Assembly (NCBI GenBank): GCA_048886185.1
Contig: JBHLKY010000015.1
Coordinates: 102,398-128,237, forward strand
Origin: Candidatus Hermodarchaeota archaeon
GTDB taxonomy: Archaea > Asgardarchaeota > Heimdallarchaeia > Hodarchaeales > Hodarchaeaceae
Direction of reading: 5' to 3'
Length of the DNA stretch: 25,840 bases
The position numbers and the translations under genes are program-made. The notes beneath the pieces were generated by a model. It worked only from the letters and a program-made list of their open reading frames with translations, ran no database searches and was not told the DNA's origin. This document shows positions 13,401 through 18,555 of the stretch, piece after piece. The number at the start of each line of letters is the position of its first letter. Within the stretch, counting starts at the first letter, position 1.

Positions 13401-16400
13401 TAACTGAAATAAATGAATTATCATCTATTTTGTAGTATAATAAGATCGTGTCGACTCCACTTGCATCTCCTGGTTCTGAGACTGTAATTGACACCGTATT
13501 TGATTCATTATACTCGGGATATACGCTAGTTTGGGCTAAATCCGAATACGTAGGTACTGTTGAATCCCCAACAGAAAAAGTATTATTAGATGTTTGATCC
13601 CAATTCCCTGCGGTATCATTGAACCAGAAGAACCAGGTGTAATTTTGATTATATTTGAGAAGAGCTTTTGAAAACGTGTAATTACTAATGCTTGTGACAT
13701 CAGTCCAAACCCCAGGACCAGTGTCGTTCTCAAAATATACTAAAATTGTATCGATTTGACTGGCATCCACAGGTTCAATTACATTAATGGATATTGTGTT
13801 ATTTTCATTATACTCTGGTGATGGGTTGCTTTGAATCAAATTAGAAAAAGATGGAGCAATAGAATCAATAACAAGGAAAGTCATAACAGAGCTCTGATTA
13901 ATATTTCCCTCCGTGTCATTAAACCAGAAGTACCAGTCATATCTTTGATTATAAACAAGAATATCGGCGTTGAAGGTATAATTACTTGTATCAGTAACAT
14001 TATTTGATATCCATGGACCCTCATTGACCCGATAATAAAGGAGGATAGTATCTATTCCACTATCATCAGTAGCATTTATAGAAACCGTGTTATTTTCGTT
14101 ATATTCTGGTGATGCACTAGTATGATTGAGGTCTGAATACATAGGAGGTGTAGTATCTTGTTTTTCAGTTCTTTTAATGTTAAAACCAATGCTTACCCAT
14201 TCCTTGGTTTCATTTGTTGTCCACGACATCGTGACAGCTGGTGTTCCTGTCTTTGTACTCCCTGCTCCATAATGAGAGGAAGCCCCTGTTCCCCCCATCT
14301 CAATGTTCCACATTTGTGATTGGCCAGAATCAATTGTCGGCGTTCCATTTGCGAGAGAAGCTATAACATCCTGTACGAGATCCCCTGCACTACTAGCTAC
14401 TGTGATGATTGGTGTTGTATTGTAACCTTGAGCTGTATTTATGTCGTCAATAGGTTCTGTTTGATTTACTCCTGTATACGATATAACTCCAATTGCTGTT
14501 TTATCCTCATTACTCCCTGATAGTGAAACTATGACATTACCTATGCCAAGAGGTGGATTGATAAGCCCCCAAACCTCAATATTCGGTTTACCATTATCAT
14601 GCGAAATCTTTGTAATTAGGTTCAATGATTGGCCTGCAAACGTGATACTTTCTATACTAGTTCCACCATCTGTTTGAACAGATACAATTAATAATCTATT
14701 AGTTCCTGACACGTTATGACTATGCGTGAAAGTATTACTGTCTCCGCTATTGGTGGATACAGCATCAACTGTCACATGAATATAGACTGAAAAGGTCAGA
14801 ATTGGTGTTACACTACTGAAACTTGCGGTATCATTAAACCAAATAAACCACTCCCACCTGCCATAAGATAAAAGAGTAGACGAAAAAGTATAGTTTTGTT
14901 GATTAGTCACTTCCTCGTATTCCCATTTTCCCATATTTACATGGTAATAGAGTAAGAGGGTATCATGTGTAGGATAATTGTGTAAACCAAAATAAACTGT
15001 ATAATTTTGCTCATAATACAAATGTTGTTGCGTCTGATAGGCCCAGCTGTCATTAAACCCTCCATCAAGGTGAATATTATATGTGGTCCCGTTTGGGTTA
15101 CCTTCTCCTGCAGATATACTATTTACTATAAAGGTTATTACATTCTCAGAGGAATTTATCACATAAAAACCTGCTGCATCACCCCCTGGACCATCAACGC
15201 CGTTAATACCTCCTAATCCCCCATCACCTCCGGATATGGTAGTTATATTACTGTTTGAAAACAAGTTAAAACTAGAATTTTCTATATAAACACCTGATCC
15301 TAAACCCCCTGGACCACCATCGCCATTATTACCTCCATTCCCACCCATGCCTCCAGTAACATTTATTATCTCATTCCTATTGAATGTGATACTACTAGAA
15401 TTTTTTAAATAAATACCTGCTCCTAAACCACCTAATCCCCCATTTCCTTTGGTTCCTCCTGATTCTGCTGTTCCACCAATGATATTATTAATGATATTAT
15501 TTTCTATTGTATTATTAAATGAATTGTAAAGAAAAATCCCCGTGCCTGTCCCTCCTGGGCCGCCATTGACTTGGGACGGTGCTTTTCCATTATTTCCCCC
15601 AGTGATATTGGTCAAAATATTATCTAAAATAGAACAATTGTAGGAGTGACGTAATATTATTCCAGCACTTAAATTTTGTAAAATTTCTTGGAAATCTCGT
15701 ACCATATTATCTTTTATGATAATAGTGTTAGAGTTGTTGATATAAATTCCTGTTTTTCCACCAGCAACTAAATTGCCTGAGACATTTAAATCCGAAACTC
15801 TTTCTAGAATCAAACCATAATATTTCGATTTTATGATATTGTTTTTCAGAATAACTTCTTTACTTGCATTTATCCATAACCCTGCATTATAAAGAGGAAG
15901 AGAATAGCCACATCCTTCTATAAAACTATTCAGCATACGAAAAGTACTTCCTGATTTTACCCAGAAACTGTAACTGAAGGAACTAAACGGTGAAATTGTT
16001 GAATTTGCGAAAATATTCATTTCTCCTCCATTTATTACTTCAATGTTGAGCTCTCCATCATAATTGGAGTTTAAATTAATGCTAGAATTCGTTATTGTAA
16101 GATTTCCACCAGTCTGGATTTTCAAATTTCCATTAAAAACGATTATTGAGTTTTCAATTGTACAATTACTTGTATAGAGGTTAGTATGGCCAAAGATACT
16201 ATTTCTCACATCAATGTTTGAGTCAGTAGAATTTACTAAAGAAGTGATAATACCCTTAAGAGGTAATGTAGAGTTTACGATATTGACTGAAGTTGAATTG
16301 TCGCTATACACCCAATCAATACCCTGTTCTGAGGCTGATAGATTTATAAGCCGAATTCTTTGATTGATACCAGAATATATGTTCGTTTTGGTAGAGCTGA

Positions 16401-17421
16401 TTGTTGATCCAGTCAAATTAACATTCTGAGTTACGTAAGATGTTAAATTGTTAGGTGTAACCGATTCATTAGCAAGGATAGTTGCTGTTTTGCTAAGTTG
16501 TTGTATCTCATCATTTATTGAATTCAAGGATGAATTACCAAAGAGGGAGATATCAGTCAAAAGGGAGTCAGTAGAACTTAGAGTGGCGAAATCTAATAAT
16601 TTGATTGTATTTATAGATGATGATTCCTGTATGACTATTGAAGCATTGTTTAAACCTTTGAGATATCCAACTTGTGACTCATTTAGCTCAATTGTTGAAT
16701 TTCCTTTTAATAGAATGGCAGTTGTGTTAGTTTTGGTGCCATAAGTAGTACTATTATTTTCTCCTCTGAATAATTCTATTTCACTGCAAGAGGAATTTAC
16801 TATCGAAGTTGAATTCGCAACAATCAATGAAGGCCTATTAATAGACTTAATAGTAGAATTTATTAAATGAAGCTCTCCATTTCCAATGACTTTAATTCCC
16901 CAAAAGGAAGTTGTACAATTAAAAGTTAGAGTGATATTAACCAGTCGAAGAATTGATGAGTTCACAATAATTGTATGATTAACAGTTAAATGGATATTTT
17001 GCCAAATTGTAGTATCATTAATTATAATGTCTTTTTCAGATAGATCAATATCTTCATTTAAACGACTAATACCAACTTCTGAACCATTTGCTGCTTGAAC
17101 TGTCCCTGGATCATCAGTTGGATTAGTTATAATTATTTCATGTATTCTAAAGTTTGTACTGTCATCTTGCAGTACGTTTAAATCATTACTTTCCGCACTT
17201 GTCATGTAAGCAATTGTTTCGTTAAAATTTTTACTAGATACTTTAAAATTCATATATTGTGATGAATTTAGATTGTTGCGAAGAGGAGGTATTTTAATTT
17301 TTGGGACAGATTCATTTGTTTCTAAACTTCTTAAATTATCGCGATATAGAATGCTAGTAATAGATATCAAAATAATAGATGCAAATAATAATGAGTTAAA
17401 TATTCGATTGAATTGTTTCAT
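1..17421 (-). CDS. Giant secreted/surface glycoprotein (>=5,807 aa, 3' end outside the window): signal/TM, beta-helix, beta-rich module, >=47 tandem Ig/Fn3-like repeats
   Basis: ATG at 17421-17419 (MKQFNRIFNSLLFASIILISITSILY...), with an in-frame TAA at 17428-17430 upstream. The same frame still reads as a repeat at positions 48..1 (NWVTFSVMNITETQSF). Block lengths are exact multiples of the unit lengths. The ORF track lists no long minus-strand ORF here, as expected if there is no internal stop. Confidence 0.95.
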   Translation of the reverse strand, partial: MKQFNRIFNSLLFASIILISITSILYRDNLRSLETNESVPKIKIPPLRNNLNSSQYMNFKVSSKNFNETIAYMTSAESNDLNVLQDDSTNFRIHEIIITNPTDDPGTVQAANGSEVGISRLNEDIDLSEKDIIINDTTIWQNIHLTVNHTIIVNSSILRLVNITLTFNCTTSFWGIKVIGNGELHLINSTIKSINRPSLIVANSTSIVNSSCSEIELFRGENNSTTYGTKTNTTAILLKGNSTIELNESQVGYLKGLNNASIVIQESSSINTIKLLDFATLSSTDSLLTDISLFGNSSLNSINDEIQQLSKTATILANESVTPNNLTSYVTQNVNLTGSTISSTKTNIYSGINQRIRLINLSASEQGIDWVYSDNSTSVNIVNSTLPLKGIITSLVNSTDSNIDVRNSIFGHTNLYTSNCTIENSIIVFNGNLKIQTGGNLTITNSSINLNSNYDGELNIEVINGGEMNIFANSTISPFSSFSYSFWVKSGSTFRMLNSFIEGCGYSLPLYNAGLWINASKEVILKNNIIKSKYYGLILERVSDLNVSGNLVAGGKTGIYINNSNTIIIKDNMVRDFQEILQNLSAGIILRHSYNCSILDNILTNITGGNNGKAPSQVNGGPGGTGTGIFLYNSFNNTIENNIINNIIGGTAESGGTKGNGGLGGLGAGIYLKNSSSITFNRNEIINVTGGMGGNGGNNGDGGPGGLGSGVYIENSSFNLFSNSNITTISGGDGGLGGINGVDGPGGDAAGFYVINSSENVITFIVNSISAGEGNPNGTTYNIHLDGGFNDSWAYQTQQHLYYEQNYTVYFGLHNYPTHDTLLLYYHVNMGKWEYEEVTNQQNYTFSSTLLSYGRWEWFIWFNDTASFSSVTPILTFSVYIHVTVDAVSTNSGDSNTFTHSHNVSGTNRLLIVSVQTDGGTSIESITFAGQSLNLITKISHDNGKPNIEVWGLINPPLGIGNVIVSLSGSNEDKTAIGVISYTGVNQTEPIDDINTAQGYNTTPIITVASSAGDLVQDVIASLANGTPTIDSGQSQMWNIEMGGTGASSHYGAGSTKTGTPAVTMSWTTNETKEWVSIGFNIKRTEKQDTTPPMYSDLNHTSASPEYNENNTVSINATDDSGIDTILLYYRVNEGPWISNNVTDTSNYTFNADILVYNQRYDWYFWFNDTEGNINQSSVMTFLVIDSIAPSFSNLIQSNPSPEYNENNTISINVIEPVDASQIDTILVYFENDTGPGVWTDVTSISNYTFSKALLKYNQNYTWFFWFNDTAGNWDQTSNNTFSVGDSTVPTYSDLAQTSVYPEYNESNTVSITVSEPGDASGVDTILLYYKIDDNSFISVNVTETGNYTFNMDVLKFNQNYTWYFWFNDTVGNSGYTDEVFFIVVDTHAPDVVKAADQNTTIPEFNNTVVISINVTEPLSASGLYKVWINYTTDNWSSFTIKDISLHQNHTFSQLVYGQTYNWTIGYNDTAGNTDYSMEFSFTVVDTFAPDVVIAANQNTTTPEFNETVMMSINVTEPINASGLHTVWINYTINNWVTYTIKDITQTQNFTFTQLVYGQIYNWTIGYNDTAGNIGYSTDFSFTVVDSYTPDVITAASQNTTIPEFNETVLVMINVTEPINASGLHKIWINYTTDDWANYIIKDITLTKSFTFSQLVFNWNYDWMIGYNDTAGNTEYSSEFSFIVVDNYMPDVVEAANQTPNPPYEYNDTVVASIHVTEPINASGLHKIWINYTINNWATYTIKDITITQNHTFSSLVYGQSYNWIIGYNDTAGNIDYSMEFSFTVVDTFAPDIVIAANQNTTTPEFNETVMVSINVTESINASGLHMVWINYTINNWVTNTIKDITGTQNHTFTSLVYGQTYNWIIGYNDTVGNTGYSTVFSFTAVDSFAPDVIEPASQTPSPPYQYNDTVIASIYVTEAINASGLYKIWINYTTNNWLIYTIQDITGTQNFTFTSLVYGQAYNWIIGYEDIAGNIGYSTKFSFTVVDSYVPDVIEPASQTPSPPYEFNDTVIASINVKEPIVASGLHKIWINYTLDSWATYTVKEITETQNYAFTYLVYGQTYNWTIGYNDTVGNTGYSNEFSFTVVDNYAPDVLAAASQTTMTPEFNDTVIVSINVTESINASGLHKVWINYTRNNWATHTVKDITLTQNYTFTYLIYGQAYNWTIGYNDTVGNTGYSVEFSFTVVDTFAPDVVIAANQNSTTPEFNETIIVSINVMEPINASGLHKIWINYTTNNWVANTIKDITLTQNHIFTYLMYGQTYNWIIGYNDTIGNTGYSAEFFFTVVDNYVPDVVEPASQTPSPPYEFNDTVIASINVTEPINASGLHKIWINYTIDNWVTYTIKDITQSQNYSFTFLVYGQTYNWIIGYNDTIGNTGYSAEFFFTVVDNYVPDVMEPASQTPSPPYQYNDTVIASINVIEPINASGLHKVWINYTTNNWVTYTIKDITPTQNYTFVYLMYGQTYNWTIGYNDTAGNTDYGVEFSFTVVDSFAPDVVIAAHQNTTTPEFNETVMVSINVTESINASGLHKVWINYTTNNWVTHIIKDITLTQNYTFVYLMYDQIYNWTIGYNDTVGNTGYSDEFSFTVIDTFAPDVVIAAYQNTTTPEFNETVMVSINVTESINASGLHKVWINYTINNWVTYTIKDITPTQNYIFAYLMYGQTYNWTIGYNDTVGNTGYCPEFSFTVMDSYAPNIIKLANQTPSPPYEYNETVIATINVTEPINASGLHKVWINYTIDNWVTYTIKDITETQNYTFIYLVYGPIYRWTIGYNDTAGNTGYSAGFSFMVEDSYVPDVIEAASQTPSPPYEINDTVVASINVTEPINASGIHKVWINYTIDNWATYTIKDITETQNYTFTYLVYGQFYNWTIGYNDTAGNAGHSTEFSFTVVDTYAPDVVAAASQNITMPEFNETVAISINVTEPINASGLHTVWINYTINNWVTYTIKDITLTQNFNFAQLAYGQIYNWTIGYNDTVGNTGYSAEFSFTVVDSYAPDVIEPASQTPSPPYEVNDIVVASINVTEPINASGLDKVWINYTMDNWLTYIIKDITPTQKYTFDQLEYNQNYTWIIGYNDTAGNTGYSDKFFIATGDISAPDVVEAANQNTTTPQYNETVLVSIKVMEPENASGLHKVWINYTIDNWITYTINDITVTQNYTFTNLVYGQIYSWIIGYNDTAGNTGYSLEYSFTVVDDYLPNTIEAANQTPNPPYEYNDTVIASIYVTEPINASGIHMVWINYTFDDWATFTIVNITETQSFLFTDTMLNYSLTYRWRIGYNDSSGNTGYSQVLSFTIEDSFAPTIVIPAAQNTTNPEYNETVIASIQVSEPPDAAGLDTVWINYTSDNWMSFIVVNITETQSFLFTEAMLNYSLTYHWRIGYNDSSGNAEYSPILSFTVKDSFAPAVLVAASQNSTNPEYNESVQVSITVSEPPDAAGLDTVWINYTSDNWMSFIVVNITETQSFLFTDTMLNYSLTYRWRIGYNDSSGNIGYTPIFLFTVKDSFAPIVIAAASQNSTTPEYNESVQVSITVSEPPDAAGLDTVWINYTTNSWATFTVINITETQLFLFTETMLNYSLTYHWRIGYNDSSGNTGYSPILWFTVKDSFAPTVLVAASQNNTNPQYNESVQVSITVSEPSDAAGVDTVWINYTINSWATFTVINITETQSFLFTDTMLNYSLTYRWRIGYNDSSGNIGYTPIFLFTVEDSFAPIVVVAASQNSTNPEYNESVQVSITVSEPPDAAGMDTVWINYTLDNWVSFTVVNITETQSFLFTDTMLNYSLTYQWKIGYNDSISNTGYSSVFLFTVIDFFAPTIEVAASQNTTSPEYNQSVLVSITVSEPTDAAGLDTIWINYTTNNWVTFIVVNITNTQSFIFTDAILNYSLTYKWKFGFNDSISNTGYSPELFFTVKDSFAPTIDIAAYQNATNPEYNQSVLTTIKVSEPTDAAGLDTVWLNYTLDNWVTFSVVNITSTQSFTFTDAMLNYGFIYKWRFGFNDSISNTGYSPELFFTVKDSFAPTIDIAAYQNATNPEYNQSVLASIQISEPPDASGVDLVWINYTIDNWVSYTVVNITATQSFLFTETMLNYSLTYQWRIGYNDTEANTAYSNIFSFTVADSYAPDILISPSQTTSNPEYDESNTVTITVGETLDASGVDTILLYYQVNSGSWIKQDVTSLSYYTFSESDLIYNQVYNWYFEFNDTAGNIDNTSIYNFIVSDNTAPTYSDFDQTTLTPEYNESNTISVIISEPSDASSVLTILFRYRINFGDPWSMVDVTTTGSYTFTANQLKYGEVYEYYFWFTDLAGNGDQTPIRLFTVQDSFVPTVEMTANQNTTAPEYNQSVLATIKVSEPSDAAGVDTVWLNYTFNDWITFTVVNITTTQSFTFIDSMLNYSYVCHWRIGFNDSNGNTEYSQALYFTVEDSFAPTVEIAANQNTTTPEYNESVQVFIWVSEPSDAAGLDTVWLNYTFDDWTTFTVINITTTQSFTFIDSMLNYNYVCNWRIGFNDSNGNTGFSQELSFTVEDSFAPTVEIAANQNTTTPEYNESVQVFIWVSEPSDAAGLDTVWINYTINNWATFTVVNISDTQSFLFTKTMLNYSITYLWTIGYNDSFGNIGFSNEFWFTVIDSFVPTVEIAANQNTTAPEYNQSVLATIKVSEPSDAAGVDTVWINYTYNDWITFFIVNITETQSFTFVDSMLNYSLNYHWRIGFNDTNGNTEYSQALSFTVEDSFAPTVELAANQNTTTPEYNESVQVFIWVSEPIDAAGLDTVWINYTINDWATFTVMNITYTQSFLFTEAMLNYSMTYQWIIGYNDSFGNTGFSDEFWFTVIDSFAPTVEIAANQNVTTPEYNQSVLTTIKVSEPVDAAGLDTVWINYTFNDWATFTVLNLSDTQSFLFTEAMLNYSMTYQWIIGYNDSFGNTGLSDEFWFTVIDSFAPIVEIAANQNVTTPEYNQSVLTTIQVSEPLDAAGLDTIWINYTLDDWVSYTIVNITETQSFLFTEAMLNFSMTYQWIIGYNDSFGNTGLSDEFWFTVVDSFAPTVEIAANQNATTPEYNQSVLTTIKVSEPSDAAGLDTVWINYTFNDWATFTVMNISDTQSFLFIEAMLNYSMIYQWIIGYNDSFGNTGFSNEFWFTVIDSFAPIVEIAANQNTTTPEYNQSVLTTIQVSEPPDAAGLDTVWINYTIDNWLTFTVVNITTTQSFTFTDSMLNYGLVYQWVLGYNDSYGNTGYSYELSFTVEDSFAPTVELVANQNTTTPEYNESVQVSIWVLEPPDAAGLDTVWINYTFDNWVTFFIVNITETQTFTFMDSMLNYSQTCKWRIGYNDSIDNTGCSEELSFTVKDSFIPSVEIAANQNTSIPEYNQSVFVTIKVSEPIDAAGLDTVWINYTTNNWVTFTLVNITETQTFTFTDLILNYSMIYHWIIGYNDSYGNTGYSQELSFTVKDSFIPTVVIAANQNVTTPEYNQSVLTTIRVSEPPDAAGLDTVWINYTLDDWVTFNVVNITTSQSFTFSAIILNYGQNYQWFIGYNDSYGNTGFSEEFWFTVVDSFAPTVEMVANQNSTNPEYNHSVLATIRVSEPVDAAGLDTVWINYSFDDWVTFKVMNITTTQFFTFVASMLNYSLTYYWTIGYNDSYGNTGFSEEFWFTVVDSFAPTVEIPASQNSTNPEYNQSVLTTIQVNEPPDAAGLDTVWINYTLDDWVTFTLVNITTMQSFIFTDSMLNYGMIYKWVIGYNDSFGNIGYSSELSIFVKDSFIPTVEVPANQNSTNPEYNESIQVSIWVSEPTDAAGLNTVWINYTTNNWVTFSVMNITETQSF
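4480..5085 (-). repeat. Repeat subtype A, block 2 (2 units, 202 aa) interrupting the D array
   Basis: DTILLYYQVNSGSW...YNWYFEFNDTAGN and LTILFRYRINFGDPW...YEYYFWFTDLAGN resemble the first three units. Confidence 0.8.
5086..7533 (-). repeat. Repeat subtype D (102 aa), block 1, 8 units
   Basis: 2448 bp = 8 x 306. Motif AAGxDTVWINYT...NITETQSFLFTxxMLNYSLxYxWxIGYNDS. Confidence 0.85.
7843..13266 (-). repeat. Repeat subtypes B (100 aa, PEFNE) and C (101 aa, PPYE/QxND), 18 units
   Basis: 10 B plus 8 C units give 1808 aa, exactly 5424 bp. Shared motif SGLHKVWINYTTNNW...KDITxTQNYTF...YNWTIGYNDTxGN. Confidence 0.85.
13267..14157 (-). repeat. Repeat subtype A, block 1 (3 units, 297 aa)
   Basis: Units with a DTILLYY-type strand (e.g. 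DTILLYYRVN) and W-x-FWFNDT-x-GN; they lack WINYT. Confidence 0.8.
14170..14778 (-). other. ~200-aa non-repeat beta-rich module between the beta-helix region and the repeat stalk
   Basis: HVTVDAVSTNSGDSNTFTHSHNVSGTNRLLIVSV...EVWGLINPPLG...SYTGVNQTEPI...GDLVQDVIAS...TMSWTTNETKEWVSIGFNIK. It shares no motif with the flanking repeats. Confidence 0.6.
15130..15620 (-). repeat. Four ~41-aa beta-helix coils, each carrying a Gly-rich GGxGG loop
   Basis: GGNNGKAPSQVNGGPGGTGTGIFL / GGTAESGGTKGNGGLGGLGAGIYL / GGMGGNGGNNGDGGPGGLGSGVYI / GGDGGLGGINGVDGPGGDAAGFYV. Confidence 0.8.
15130..17050 (-). other. Right-handed parallel beta-helix region (pectin-lyase/NosD-like fold)
   Basis: Recurrent I/L-x-N-S-x-I and GI-x-L/I-x-N-S-x-N-x-I-x-x-N-x-I motifs, e.g. 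GIYINNSNTIIIKDN, GIILRHSYNCSILDN, GIFLYNSFNNTIENN. Boundaries are approximate. Confidence 0.7.
17344..17421 (-). other. N-terminal signal peptide or signal anchor of the giant protein
   Basis: Basic N-terminus (MKQFNR) followed by hydrophobic LLFASIILISITSILY. Confidence 0.7.
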
Positions 17422-17753
17422 GGCTATTTATCAGTCCATTCATATTTTTTTACTGGAAGACTGTGGTGGAAACTAATATTTCAGTGAAATCAAATGTACA
17501 CTTCTCTCTAGTCAAGCAGTTTTGGTAATATATTTATCTGATTGGTGTTGGACATCTGCTTATTCTATCCTAAGTGAATTTGTTTGTTATTAAGTTGTGA
17601 TTTTACATTTGCGGATAAATTTATTAGATGATTTTATTAATGAGAGTAGTGAATCTTGTAATGGATGGTTCCCTGTACTGATAGTACTTTGGGGTACCTA
17701 TATCGGTATGGGGACTCCATCATTCCCAAAAAAGAACTTTAGAAGGATTCAGG

Positions 17754-18512
17754 TCAGATTTGTTGCGGGAATTGATAGCTGTCTCGTAGCGGCAATATCG
17801 TGAAGCCTTGGGTATTATAGTCATCGCATCCACACCAGTCAGTTTCAATATCAAAGTCAACTTTCTTACCACAGATGTAACCGGTGACTGGGTCTGTGGC
17901 CCAGTTGGTCCAGCAGGTTGGACCATATACATCTGGATATTGGGTACTATCTAGTGAGATGTAATCTTTTGCTTTGATCTCACCAATATAGGTCCATGTC
18001 CAGCAAGGTTCATATTGACCTGGACCCCACTCAATGTAGGCCTCATGGACAATACCTTCTTTATCTTGATCAAGCGTTACTGTTTGTGTTTCAAGTAAGC
18101 TTGGGTGGTAGCCTCCAATGGCTACAGCAGTTACAGTTGCTATGTACTCATTTGGTGCATAGCATATTTTCATTTCTGGTATGTCAAATGAGAAAGTGAT
18201 TGAACCTTTCTCGACGATGCCTTTATCTTCTCCATGGCCTGTTTCCGCTACCGCTACGATGTCATCAATTCCCGTAATCGAATTCTTTACTGATTGTATC
18301 TTTCCCCCATCGGAATCTTCAAGCACTGTTTGATGATCAAACAATGGGTGAATATTCCCGTCAAGAATTTTTGTCCCACCCAGCATCCCACTCAAATTAC
18401 TGATAACTAGTGCTATAAATACTAAAATTATGAGTCCAGTGAAGAATGCTAGGATTTCCCCAACGGGGAGTTCCTTTTTATCTTCATTTTCCTGGAGATC
18501 TAGTGGAAGTAT
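17754..18512 (-). CDS. Hypothetical single-pass membrane protein with a Cys/Trp-containing C-terminal domain (~252 aa if started at ATA 18512; the track call starts at TTG 18395)
   Basis: The track ORF 17754-18395 extends in frame upstream through a clear TM segment (ILAFFTGLIILVFIALVISNL) to a TAG at 18516-18518. The C-terminal part has PCW, TCW, ICG and WCGC. The start codon is uncertain. Confidence 0.65.
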   Translation of the reverse strand: MLPLDLQENEDKKELPVGEILAFFTGLIILVFIALVISNLSGMLGGTKILDGNIHPLFDHQTVLEDSDGGKIQSVKNSITGIDDIVAVAETGHGEDKGIVEKGSITFSFDIPEMKICYAPNEYIATVTAVAIGGYHPSLLETQTVTLDQDKEGIVHEAYIEWGPGQYEPCWTWTYIGEIKAKDYISLDSTQYPDVYGPTCWTNWATDPVTGYICGKKVDFDIETDWCGCDDYNTQGFTILPLRDSYQFPQQI

Positions 18513-18519
18513 TAACTAG

Positions 18520-18525
18520 CACCTC
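18520..18525 (-). promoter_or_regulatory. Shine-Dalgarno-like GAGGTG, 7 nt upstream of the in-frame ATA at 18512
   Basis: Minus strand reads GAGGTG-CTAGTTA-ATA. Confidence 0.45.
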
Positions 18526-18555
18526 ATTTTTTTTGAGCATAACTTTACTTTAACT

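Larger units (their letters stand above)
1..14157 (-). repeat. Intragenic tandem array of 47 units (46 complete plus 1 partial), about 300-309 bp each
   Basis: Counted 47 P-E/Q-Y/F-N/D-type markers (including PPY-E/Q variants) from ~14095 to ~135. Consensus D-x-x-(A/P)-P...PEYN...(WINYT or LLYY)...W...Y-x-W-x-(IGY/FWF)-ND-x-x-GN...F-x-V. Confidence 0.93.

Noticed and set aside
1-14157. Regular periodicity that might suggest a CRISPR array or non-coding satellite
   Set aside because: The period is ~300 bp, always a multiple of 3, fully coding, and has no short invariant repeat with unique spacers.
5223-17476. Short ORFs at 5223 (-), 13536 (-), 14320, 15007, 16448 and 17273 (+)
   Set aside because: All overlap the giant CDS in other frames and have no recognisable motifs.
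17720-17722. In-frame TGA as possible selenocysteine
   Set aside because: It lies in an alternative frame, has no redox motif context, and I could identify no SECIS-like hairpin.
17597-18199. Plus-strand ORFs 17597-17803 and 17996-18199
   Set aside because: They are antisense to the membrane-protein gene and have no protein-like features.
18516-18527. In-frame ATG-AGG-TGC-TAG upstream of the membrane protein, suggesting amber (pyrrolysine) readthrough
   Set aside because: This ATG overlaps the SD-like GAGGTG, and there is no Pyl machinery or methyltransferase context in the window. An SD-directed ATA start is simpler.
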